NCBI GenBank assembly: GCA_041305345.1
Contig: JBFYLP010000006.1
Location: forward strand, 369,601-433,600
Direction: 5' to 3'
From: Candidatus Micrarchaeota archaeon
GTDB taxonomy: Archaea > Micrarchaeota > Micrarchaeia > Norongarragalinales > SBBD01
Length of the DNA stretch: 64,000 nt
Part shown: one piece after another, positions 1 to 8,453 of the stretch
Position numbering within the stretch: position 1 is the first letter of the stretch
Layout of the letters: each line of letters begins with the position of its first letter
Position numbers and translations under genes: made by a program
The notes under the pieces: model-generated
What the model was told of the DNA's origin: nothing
What the model saw: only the letters and a program-made list of their open reading frames with translations
Database searches by the model: none

Positions 1-135
1 TGCGGGTATATGGAGAAGAAAGGCTGATACCTCCAGGGTAACTAGTTCCCCTACGTATGTCACCCCCACCCCTCTAATTTGCCCTGCGAATTAGATAATT
101 AATTAAACTACTAATGCTAATTCCTTGCGGTAAAA

Positions 136-810
136 ATGTGGGTCGCACGCATCAAGTTCTGGCACGCGAATTCGTACGTCACTGAAAAGACTGAGCACCT
201 GGATGCGGTGTTTTCGAGCTACTACTTGAACACGTACCAGGAGGGGCAGACAACTTACATTACTAGAGTGGGGCTTTCCCTCGGGAAGGACTGGGAGAAG
301 CTGATGAAAACGATCGTTTCGGATCCCAGGATAGAGGTGCTAAGGGCGGAGGGGAAGCAGGTGATTTTCAAGATGCCAGCGAGCCACGCATACCATAGCA
401 TACTGCTGGATGGAAGCGTGTTCCAGCTAAGGCCGCCGGTTGCGAAAGATGGATTCGAGTATTGGGACGTTGCGGCAATGGAGAAGAAGCACATCAAAAG
501 GCTGATTGAGAGGATGAACCGTAACAGGAAGGTCGCGTGGGCGGAAATGCTCAGTTTGAAGCAGAAGGAGGTCGATTTGTTCGTGCCGAGCGCATTTTCC
601 AAGCTCACCGATAAACAGAGATGGGCATTCGAGATGGCGATCAAGTACGGCTATTACTCGTTCCCGAGGGAGAACGACTTGGAGACTATTGCAAAGAAAT
701 TGAAGGTGCCTTTCAGCACGTTCCGGGAGCATCTCCGGATCGCGGAGAGCAAGCTGCTGCCGGCACTTTGGAATTTCGTGACTTATGAGGCGCTGGAGGA
801 AACGAAATAA
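136..810 (+). CDS. HTH_10 (bacterio-opsin activator-like) family transcriptional regulator
   Basis: 224-aa ORF whose C-terminal segment (…ENDLETIAKKLKVPFSTFREHLRIAESKLL…) matches the Bat-type HTH_10 motif; AT-rich TATA-like sequence upstream (~95-125). Confidence 0.5.
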   Translation: MWVARIKFWHANSYVTEKTEHLDAVFSSYYLNTYQEGQTTYITRVGLSLGKDWEKLMKTIVSDPRIEVLRAEGKQVIFKMPASHAYHSILLDGSVFQLRPPVAKDGFEYWDVAAMEKKHIKRLIERMNRNRKVAWAEMLSLKQKEVDLFVPSAFSKLTDKQRWAFEMAIKYGYYSFPRENDLETIAKKLKVPFSTFREHLRIAESKLLPALWNFVTYEALEETK

Positions 811-929
811 TCCTGCCCCATATCCGCAGGAAGCATCACCATCCGAACCGCATGCCCCCAAATCGATTGTAGCTAGCGGAACAAACATCACCTAAGCTTG
901 CATCAATTTACCGTTTTAGGGTGGCGGCC

Positions 930-1556
930 TTAACCCTCTTTCCGGTTCCGTTCATAAAAGTCGAGAGCGTCCCGGATTTTACTCTTTGTATAGAATCTCT
1001 TAAGTGCCTTTTCTCCCCGTTCCGTGATACCTGTTTTTTGGTTGAAGAAGCCGTTATCGGTCATCCGTTTTTTCCACTCCCCCAAGTGATTTGCGTCAAA
1101 AACAGGATAAGCATAAAGCAAAAGAATTCCCTTGGCCCCATACGCCCGGTAGAAACGCCGTATTTTTTGCCCCCGACCAGCATATTCCTCTAAAAAAGAA
1201 AACATACTGGCGTGCAACGAAACCGCGGGTTCCAAAAAAGTACGGCTTCGAAACGCATGATGTTTCAGGGGCTTTTTCAGGAGCCGGCCCAAATTTGCTA
1301 GACCTAAAACCGAGTGAAGTAATTCGTGCGTCAAATCATACGGCGTGGCTCGCGGGCTGATATGCACCCGGTCAGTTACTAGGGCATGCGCCGGAATCAG
1401 CCAACGGCCCTTGTTGTAAATCGGCAACATCTCTTCCACGGGCACTTGCGAAAGCCTTGAGAGTTCCGAGTACACAGCTAAAGCAATCGGCGGAAGGTGC
1501 TCAATCCTGAACTTCTCTCCTTCTTCAGGCAATGGCAATTTTTTAAAAATACCCAT
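930..1556 (-). CDS. hypothetical protein with HExxH motif (possible metallopeptidase-like)
   Basis: 208-aa ORF with coding-like composition and an HELLH motif; no confident family assignment. Confidence 0.3.
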   Translation of the reverse strand: MGIFKKLPLPEEGEKFRIEHLPPIALAVYSELSRLSQVPVEEMLPIYNKGRWLIPAHALVTDRVHISPRATPYDLTHELLHSVLGLANLGRLLKKPLKHHAFRSRTFLEPAVSLHASMFSFLEEYAGRGQKIRRFYRAYGAKGILLLYAYPVFDANHLGEWKKRMTDNGFFNQKTGITERGEKALKRFYTKSKIRDALDFYERNRKEG

Positions 1557-1885
1557 GCTATTCCACTTCGAATAAATGCCCCGTTTAACTCGGAGCGTAT
1601 TTGGAGATTAGGCGGTAACAAATATATAAAAGACTCGAAAAATGCAAAATTCCCTTCTACTCGCTGGATTTTCAAAAAAGTTCTGCTGCCAAAAATTTGT
1701 TTAAAAGAGTTTGCCGCTCGGGCATAGTTCAGCATGTTCCGAGAGCGGCACCACCCGAACACACCCTCCAAAATCAATAATTATTCGCCTGAATTAATTT
1801 TCACATGCACCGGAACCCCACGAATGCCCAATCAATGCACAACCTTTATATTGCTAGATGTGCATCCATTAAGCATGGTGAGAAT

Positions 1886-2125
1886 ATGAACGTGAACCTG
1901 GGGGCGCCGTACGTGGCAATAATCAAAAGGATAATCGAGAAGGGGTATTCCGCAAACCAGACCGAAGCCATAAGGCAGGCACTGCTTGCTTATAATCGCG
2001 AGCTGGAGGAGGAGGAAGTGCGGCTGGTGAACAAGGGAATAGAATCCGAGATGATGGGAATCCGGGCGGGAAAAACCAAATTATATACTCATGCCCAAAT
2101 GAAGAAAAAATACGGGATTGATTGA
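1886..2125 (+). CDS. ribbon-helix-helix (CopG/ParD-like) antitoxin
   Basis: Small ORF directly preceding and abutting a RelE/ParE-like ORF. Internal start MNVNLGAPYVAIIKRIIEKGYSANQTEAIRQALL fits an RHH DNA-binding fold better than the longer 1805 start. Confidence 0.5.
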   Translation: MNVNLGAPYVAIIKRIIEKGYSANQTEAIRQALLAYNRELEEEEVRLVNKGIESEMMGIRAGKTKLYTHAQMKKKYGID

Positions 2126-2386
2126 ATGGAAATCCTTTATTCAAAGGCAGCAGTTGACGATATTGATTCGATGGACGCCCAGTCAAGGAAGCTTTTTTTC
2201 AAACACATAGAAAAAGTGGCATGCATGCCTCCGAGGAGGCACATGAAATTCGGTTTGCCATTCAATGCCGAGAACGTTACGAGACAGGCGAGGCTGGTTT
2301 TCCAAATCGAGAGCAATAAGCTATACATCCTCCGGTGCTTCGGGTCGCATAAGGAGTACGAGAGATGGTACAATTCATATAAGTGA
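2126..2386 (+). CDS. RelE/ParE-family type II toxin
   Basis: 86-aa ORF starting 1 nt after the antitoxin stop. The pattern (…RLVFQIE…KLYILRCF.HKEYERWY) is typical of RelE/ParE toxins. Confidence 0.5.
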   Translation: MEILYSKAAVDDIDSMDAQSRKLFFKHIEKVACMPPRRHMKFGLPFNAENVTRQARLVFQIESNKLYILRCFGSHKEYERWYNSYK

Positions 2387-2611
2387 GATGACATGACTGC
2401 TTTATCCCGAAACCCGCTTTATAGCGGCTAAATTTTAATTAAAACCGCCCGTTACATCACTACAATAGGGAGAGCGGGTGGTTTAAATGGAATTACTTGG
2501 AATACTTTTTGGGCTGATGCTGGTGGGCTCGATTTTTGGGAAGGAATTCCCCTCGGATGGCATTCCGATGTATCCTTGAATCTTAGAGGAAGAATAGGGT
2601 GAAAATTACTC

Positions 2612-4096
2612 ATGAGATGGCTCAAACTGTGGACTCACAGGCCGTATGCGCCCACAATAATGTTCTATGCATTGAGGGCTACGGTTAAAGGATTCGTAAA
2701 GCGCTTCCCGAGCAAAATCGGTTTGGGCGCTTCCATCTGGAAGGATGCGATGGAGGAATACGCTTACCCGGAAAAGGAGTTTCTCGTAACTTCCGATTCG
2801 TTGGTCAAATGGGCGATGGCAAAACGGAAGGAGGTCGGGAGGTTCTTCAAAATTGCGTACGATAAATCGGTAGGAATGCGGAAATTTTCAGAAGAATGCA
2901 AGGGGAAGGAATTGGCCCGAATTGAGTCCGGGGAATTGCTCGCATTCCTTGAGGTAAGCATGGAACGGTACGAGGAGCTCTACTCGTATGCAACAATCGC
3001 ATCCCTGATAGGGTACAGGAAGGAGAGCCCGATCGACGCGAAAGCGGAGGGGATCCTGAGGAAAAAACTTGAACGGCATCCTGAGAAATTCGCGGATTAT
3101 TACGTCTACCTGACGAGGCCCCCGAAAATCCTGAAGACGCAGCTGCTGGAATTGGAAATCCTGAGGCTCGCCGGAAAAACCAAGAAGGAGGGGGCGATTA
3201 GCAAGGAAGCCATCATTGGGAAGTACTCCCCCCAGTTGGAAAAAATCGCCGCAGAATACGAATGGCTGTCGTTCGACCTATGTTCAAAGGCGGGGTGGGA
3301 TGTAGGGCACTATGCAGACCTCGTGGTGGAAAGGCAGGCTGCGGACATTGGGAAGGAGATATCGTTCATCAGCAATTATGAGAAAACGGCAGAGAGGGAA
3401 TTTGTGCGTACCTGCAGGGAGCTGGGGTTCGGGAGGGAGGAAAGGTCGCTATTCGAGTTCATCAGGCTGCTGGGGTATTACAAATGGGCAAGGGAACACG
3501 AGTTTACCGAGGCATTCTACAACCTTGCTCCCATCCAGAAGGAATTGGGAAAAAGGTGCGGGCTGAATGCCGTGGAATCGGCGTATATCATTCCTTTCGA
3601 GTTCCACGTGGCGCTAAAGGAGCCGGAAAAATACAAGAAAATTGCCAGGGAGAGGATGAAGCTTGGAATCCTGCTAATGAGTAGGGACGGTTACGAGTTC
3701 TTGGCCGGACCGGAAGCGGCGGAGTATATCGGGAAGATGGAATTCCACAAGGAGAAGGTGGAAGCGGATGCTTCCGAATTGAGGGGGATGCCTGCCTGCG
3801 CGGGAATGGCAAGGGGAACCGTGAAAATCATCAATACTGCGAAGGATATGCATAAGATGAGGGAGGGGGATATCCTAGTTAGTGCTGCGACCACGCCGGA
3901 CCTGGTGCCTGCGATGAAAAAGGCAGCTGCGATCATAACAAATGAGGGCGGGATTACCTGCCATGCGGCGATTGTGAGCAGGGAACTGAAAATCCCGTGC
4001 ATCGTCGGGGTAAAAAATGCAAATAGGATACTTAAGGATGGTGATGAGGTTGGGGCCGATGCCAATAGGGGCATCATCAAGCGGTTGAAGGGATAA
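2612..4096 (+). CDS. PEP-utilizing enzyme mobile (phosphohistidine swivel) domain protein, lacking ATP-grasp and PEP-binding domains
   Basis: C-terminal ~100 aa carries GGITCHAAIVSRELKIPCIVG, the catalytic-His swivel motif of PEP synthase/PPDK/rifampin phosphotransferase. The N-terminal ~390 aa has no recognisable ATP-grasp motifs. Confidence 0.6.
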   Translation: MRWLKLWTHRPYAPTIMFYALRATVKGFVKRFPSKIGLGASIWKDAMEEYAYPEKEFLVTSDSLVKWAMAKRKEVGRFFKIAYDKSVGMRKFSEECKGKELARIESGELLAFLEVSMERYEELYSYATIASLIGYRKESPIDAKAEGILRKKLERHPEKFADYYVYLTRPPKILKTQLLELEILRLAGKTKKEGAISKEAIIGKYSPQLEKIAAEYEWLSFDLCSKAGWDVGHYADLVVERQAADIGKEISFISNYEKTAEREFVRTCRELGFGREERSLFEFIRLLGYYKWAREHEFTEAFYNLAPIQKELGKRCGLNAVESAYIIPFEFHVALKEPEKYKKIARERMKLGILLMSRDGYEFLAGPEAAEYIGKMEFHKEKVEADASELRGMPACAGMARGTVKIINTAKDMHKMREGDILVSAATTPDLVPAMKKAAAIITNEGGITCHAAIVSRELKIPCIVGVKNANRILKDGDEVGADANRGIIKRLKG

Positions 4097-4101
4097 GAAT
4101 C

Positions 4102-5541
4102 ATGGAATTTTACAAGCAGTATACCCTGAAGGTGAGCCCTTTTCCGGTGGCGCTGATGTATGAGATATTTGCAGGGAAGTTGATGGGTTACGCGGGGGCC
4201 GTGCAGAAGATGATGGTCTCGGAATTCGAGGGAGGAACGAGCAGGGGTTATTTCATCAGGAAGGACGTTTACGATTGCGGGGATGCCATTGCGGAGAGCA
4301 TCGCAAGCGGTAAATTGCCCCTTGAGAAAGTGATTTCTGATTTTGAAAGCGGGAATATGAAATTGGAAGCAACTGCCAAAAAAATTAACAAAAAAGAGCT
4401 GAAACGGGCAACGGATGAGGAAATTTGCGAGCTGTATAAGGGATTCTATGATGCTTATTCCGATGCATACATTCCCGCCAGCATCCCGTTCGTATGCGAC
4501 TTCTCGCTTGAGATGATGGCTTCCGAAGAGCTGCAGAGGGAATTCGGGTTTGCCAAATCGGTTGAGTTGCTCACTGCGCTTTCCATTCCCACTGGCCCTT
4601 CGTGGGATGTGAAGCACAAATTGGAGCTGCTGGAATTCGCAAAGGGGGCAAAGAAAGCCGGAGTTGGGAATTTCCGTGAATTGAAAAAAAGCAAACTATG
4701 GCCGGATTTCCAAAGGCATATGGAAAATTGGGGATGGCTTCCGTATGATTATGAGAACGGCGCGATGGATGAGCAGGAGTTCGGGGAAAGGTTTAATGAG
4801 GCGCTGAAGAATCCGGAAAAACAGGTTGCTGAAATCCGTAAAAATGCTTCCGAAAACGAGAAAAAGAGAAATGCTGCATTGAAGGAAGTGGGGCACAAGA
4901 AGGGCGGGAAATTGGGGGCGCTTTTGGGGGAACTCGCATACTTCAAGGAATACAGGAAGGGTTTGATGTCAAAAGCACTCTGCTTGATGGAACCATTGCT
5001 GCTCGAAATTGCGGGAAGGATCGGAATCGAATTGAAGCACGCGAGGTATGTCCTGCTGGAAGAACTGCCTGATGCGTTGGAAAATCCCGAAAAATGGCCC
5101 CGAATCCTGAGGGAAAGGTGGGAATATTCGGTTTATGTGCAGGAAGGGAAAAACCATAAAATTTTGATTGGGGATATGGCGAGGAAATACCTGCGTTCAT
5201 TGGAAATGGAAAAGCCCACTGCAGAGCTGAAGGGCACGATTGCTTGCATGGGCAAAGTTGCCGGAAGGGTGAAAATATTATTCAAGCCGGCGGACATGGC
5301 GAAAATGGAGCAGGGGGATATTATCGTTTCAACAATGACCACACCCGATTTGATTCCTGCAATAAAGAAAGCGGCTGCAATTGTTACGGATACCGGCGGG
5401 ATGACCTGCCACGCGGCGATTGTAAGCAGGGAGTTCAACATCCCCTGCATCATCGGGACGCAGCACGCAACGCAAGTGCTGAAGGACGGTGATTTGGTGG
5501 AAGTGGATGCGACTAAAGGGATAATTCGCAAAATAGCTTAA
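4102..5541 (+). CDS. paralogous PEP-utilizing enzyme mobile-domain protein
   Basis: Starts 5 nt after the upstream paralog. C-terminus GGMTCHAAIVSREFNIPCIIG is near-identical in the swivel domain; N-terminal regions are more divergent. Confidence 0.6.
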   Translation: MEFYKQYTLKVSPFPVALMYEIFAGKLMGYAGAVQKMMVSEFEGGTSRGYFIRKDVYDCGDAIAESIASGKLPLEKVISDFESGNMKLEATAKKINKKELKRATDEEICELYKGFYDAYSDAYIPASIPFVCDFSLEMMASEELQREFGFAKSVELLTALSIPTGPSWDVKHKLELLEFAKGAKKAGVGNFRELKKSKLWPDFQRHMENWGWLPYDYENGAMDEQEFGERFNEALKNPEKQVAEIRKNASENEKKRNAALKEVGHKKGGKLGALLGELAYFKEYRKGLMSKALCLMEPLLLEIAGRIGIELKHARYVLLEELPDALENPEKWPRILRERWEYSVYVQEGKNHKILIGDMARKYLRSLEMEKPTAELKGTIACMGKVAGRVKILFKPADMAKMEQGDIIVSTMTTPDLIPAIKKAAAIVTDTGGMTCHAAIVSREFNIPCIIGTQHATQVLKDGDLVEVDATKGIIRKIA

Positions 5542-6452
5542 AATCTCATCAATTTCCTATATTCCTTCATCCGTTTCTCTATGTCATCCGGAGTAATTGC
5601 TACTAGCCGGTTCACTGAGAAATCCTCGATGCAGAAGGAGCCCAGCAGGTTTCCGTAGGCCATTGCTTCCTTGAGGGTTTTCAAAGTGATTTTCCCCTTC
5701 CGTGCGATGTGGCCAAGGAAGCCTCCGGAGAAGGAGTCGCCGGCACCGGTTGGGTCGATGGCAATTTCAAGAGGGAATGCGGCAATTGGAAAAATGGCAT
5801 CCTTGTAGAATAGGATCGAGCCGTGCTCGCCTTTTTTTATTATCACAACCGAAGGGCCCTTTTTTGTGATTTCCTTGGCGGCTTTCATCAAATTTGGGGT
5901 ATTGCAAAGCATCCTTGCCTCGATGTCGTTTAGCACGACGCAATCCACTTCGGACATTGTCTTTTCAAGCGAGGGCTTCATATGCTGGATGTAATATTCG
6001 ATCGTATCCATCATCGTGAATTTGGGGTTTGAGACTGATTTGAGTATGGATAACTGCTTGTCCGGGTGGAGGGTGCCCAAATAGGCGTATTCTGCTGATT
6101 TCGAGCCCTCTGGAACCTGGGGTTCAAAATGGTCGAAGATATCGATGTCCATCTCATTGACTTTGCGAGCGTACATGTCATAATCAAAAGTCGAATCGAA
6201 AAAGAACGTGTTGTGCTTCTCGCTTTTCTGCACTCCTGCAAGGTTGATTCCGGATTTTTCGAGTAAATCCCAGTAATGCGGGGGAAAATTCTTCCCAACT
6301 GCGGAGATTACGGAAACCGAGGAGAAGTGCCTGGCTGCAAGGGAGAAATAACTTACCGAACCTCCGAGCACGCGCTCTGCTGTTTTGAATGGAGTGCGCG
6401 TGGTGTCGAGCGCTATCGTGCCGGTTGCGAGGATCATAAGAGTAGTTGGCAA
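5538..6452 (-). CDS. PfkB-family carbohydrate/nucleoside kinase (ribokinase-like)
   Basis: 304 aa with the DPTGAGDSF anion-hole motif and N-terminal GG sugar-binding region characteristic of the ribokinase/pfkB family. Confidence 0.7.
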   Translation of the reverse strand: MPTTLMILATGTIALDTTRTPFKTAERVLGGSVSYFSLAARHFSSVSVISAVGKNFPPHYWDLLEKSGINLAGVQKSEKHNTFFFDSTFDYDMYARKVNEMDIDIFDHFEPQVPEGSKSAEYAYLGTLHPDKQLSILKSVSNPKFTMMDTIEYYIQHMKPSLEKTMSEVDCVVLNDIEARMLCNTPNLMKAAKEITKKGPSVVIIKKGEHGSILFYKDAIFPIAAFPLEIAIDPTGAGDSFSGGFLGHIARKGKITLKTLKEAMAYGNLLGSFCIEDFSVNRLVAITPDDIEKRMKEYRKLMRF

Positions 6453-6470
6453 GCATTATTAAAAAAGGTT

Positions 6471-7790
6471 TCAAATCCTAAAGGTTTCGCCAACTTTCGG
6501 AATCATTACTTCCATCTCCAGCTTGTCCTTTTCCGCCTGCTTCTCGATTGCGGCCTTCAGTTCGGAGGGCTTGTGCCCCTCGCCGTGCACTATGAACACC
6601 TTTTTGAGGCCCTTAACAGCCCTTACGATTTGCAGGAGCTCGCGGTGGTCGGAATGGCCCGAGAGCTTCGCGTTCTCTATTTGCAAGTCGAGCTCGATGC
6701 GCCTGTTTTCCATCATAAGAGTGCGTTCGCCGTCGATGATCGCTCTTCCGGGGGTGCCTTCGGCCTGGTAGCCGGTGAAAATCAGCTTGTTCTTCTTGTT
6801 TTGGCCCATCTGCTCCAAATAGCTGATCACAGGGCCGCCATTTAGCATTCCGGAAGTGGTAACGATGATGCATTTCCCAGCTTCTGCAACATCACTCCTA
6901 TCCTTGCGCTGGGGGAGGACGTAGAAGGGCGATTTGAAGGGATCGTCATCGGATGTGAGAATGCGCATTTTGATCTCATCTTTCAAATAGTTCGCATTGT
7001 GCCTGTAGACCTTGAGCATCTTCTTGACCATCCCGTCGATGAAGATGGGGACGCGTTCCAATTTGCCAGAGCGCATGTAATTTTCGAGGATGAAGAGCAC
7101 CTCTTGCCCTCTTCCAGTAGCAAAAGTGGGAATAATTGCAGTGCCGCCGTGGCTTAGCGTTTTTTGTATCGTGTCAACAAGGAAATTCGCCGAATCCTTC
7201 GAAGCGGGATGCTGGTCGTCCTTGCCACCATAGGTGCTTTCAATGATCAGCACTTCTCCCTCTAAATTTTGCAGGTGGGCGCCATCGACTAGGCGCGAAT
7301 CGCGCGTGTTGACATCTCCGGTGTAGATTATTTTCTTCTCATCAAACACTTCGGTGATTGCGGCCCCAAGTATGTGGCCAGCTGGCTGGAATCGAAGGGA
7401 GTTTTTGGGATCCATCTGGCCAAATTCGAGGATTTCGGTATTTTTCAGGAGGCGGTTGACATCGTGCTCGTTGTAGGGCGAGAAGCCGGTGTTGATCTTC
7501 AGGTAGTCGGCAAGCAGGATTTGGATCAGGTCGCGAGTTGGCTTCGTAAGGGCGACTTTCCCGCGGTAGCCTTGGGCATAGAGTGCCGGAAGGTAGCCGG
7601 AGTGGTCGAGGTGCGCGTGGGAGAGCAGGACTTTGTTTAGCCTTCTGATTGTGTGGCCGTCAAGGAGGGGAAACTCCTCGGTCTTGCTTTTGAGCTTGAC
7701 GCCGCAATCGAGCAGGTAGTTATGCCTGCCTTCAAGAAGGAAACAGCTCCTGCCAATTTCGCTTGCCGCGCCAAGAAAGGATAGTTGCGT
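6471..7790 (-). CDS. metallo-beta-lactamase-fold beta-CASP ribonuclease (aCPSF2/RNase J-like); start codon unresolved
   Basis: HxHxDH motif (SHAHLDHSG) and N-terminal LGAASEIGRSCFLLE typical of beta-CASP RNases. The frame is open upstream of the ORF-track start (7415) to 7805, but contains no ATG/GTG/TTG. An ACG codon (7788-7790) sits exactly where the initiator Met is expected. Confidence 0.55.
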   Translation of the reverse strand, partial: TQLSFLGAASEIGRSCFLLEGRHNYLLDCGVKLKSKTEEFPLLDGHTIRRLNKVLLSHAHLDHSGYLPALYAQGYRGKVALTKPTRDLIQILLADYLKINTGFSPYNEHDVNRLLKNTEILEFGQMDPKNSLRFQPAGHILGAAITEVFDEKKIIYTGDVNTRDSRLVDGAHLQNLEGEVLIIESTYGGKDDQHPASKDSANFLVDTIQKTLSHGGTAIIPTFATGRGQEVLFILENYMRSGKLERVPIFIDGMVKKMLKVYRHNANYLKDEIKMRILTSDDDPFKSPFYVLPQRKDRSDVAEAGKCIIVTTSGMLNGGPVISYLEQMGQNKKNKLIFTGYQAEGTPGRAIIDGERTLMMENRRIELDLQIENAKLSGHSDHRELLQIVRAVKGLKKVFIVHGEGHKPSELKAAIEKQAEKDKLEMEVMIPKVGETFRI

Positions 7791-7978
7791 AAAGATGCAC
7801 CAAAATTAATTATGAAATGTGAATGGTTAGGCTGCGTTCGAATAAATTACCAGCACCCCAAAGGCATATGGCAAAAGAATGCCCAGGTTTGGACAAATTA
7901 TCCACATCCTGGCAAAATATGGGAAGCATTGGCATGCCTGGATTCGAATGAATTAGCCCGGTCTGGAGCATATCGATT

Positions 7979-8389
7979 TTAGCCCGCAGAAGGTTTGTTA
8001 TCCACCTTGAACTTCTGGACGGTTATGGGAGCTGGGACGCCAACTGCGAATGCGAGCAGGCTGCCAATTGCCATTCCCGTATAGGTCGCCGAATTGAGTA
8101 TTTGCTCTGCAAGGGAAGGATCGATGTTCTTGCTTTTCTTGTATTTCTCCTCCGTTTCCCTCATTGCCTTCTCCGAGTCCTGCAAGTAGAGTTCGCCCTC
8201 TATTTCCATGTATGCCTGTTTTTCCTTGTAGTCGATCCCGTAAGAGTATTTCACGACCAATTGCCTGCTCTTAAGCTCCATTCCCTTTACGATAAGGTTG
8301 ATGTTAAGGCTCGTTTGCACGACGTTTTCGGCCATCTTCTGTGCCGTTGTTTTTGTTACCCTCCCGCCAACAATGTTCATGATTGACAC
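7979..8389 (-). CDS. hypothetical small protein with C-terminal hydrophobic segment
   Basis: 136-aa ORF downstream of the PIN-ATPase gene on the same strand; no recognisable family. Confidence 0.3.
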   Translation of the reverse strand: MSIMNIVGGRVTKTTAQKMAENVVQTSLNINLIVKGMELKSRQLVVKYSYGIDYKEKQAYMEIEGELYLQDSEKAMRETEEKYKKSKNIDPSLAEQILNSATYTGMAIGSLLAFAVGVPAPITVQKFKVDNKPSAG

Positions 8390-8453
8390 CTCTAAATGGA
8401 AAGTTGGAAAAGGTTATTGAATGTTCGAATTTAAAACCCTTTTTCCCTTGGGA

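Noticed and set aside
1716-1754. Imperfect hairpin GCCGCTCGG…CCGAGAGCGGC between the HExxH gene and the TA module
   Set aside because: Has a bulged stem and no T-run. It could be a minor regulatory element but is not distinctive enough to call.
3691-4617. 308-aa minus-strand ORF overlapping both swivel-domain genes
   Set aside because: Antisense to two better-supported CDSs with conserved catalytic motifs. Its composition (Pro/Ser/Arg-rich) is typical of a shadow ORF.
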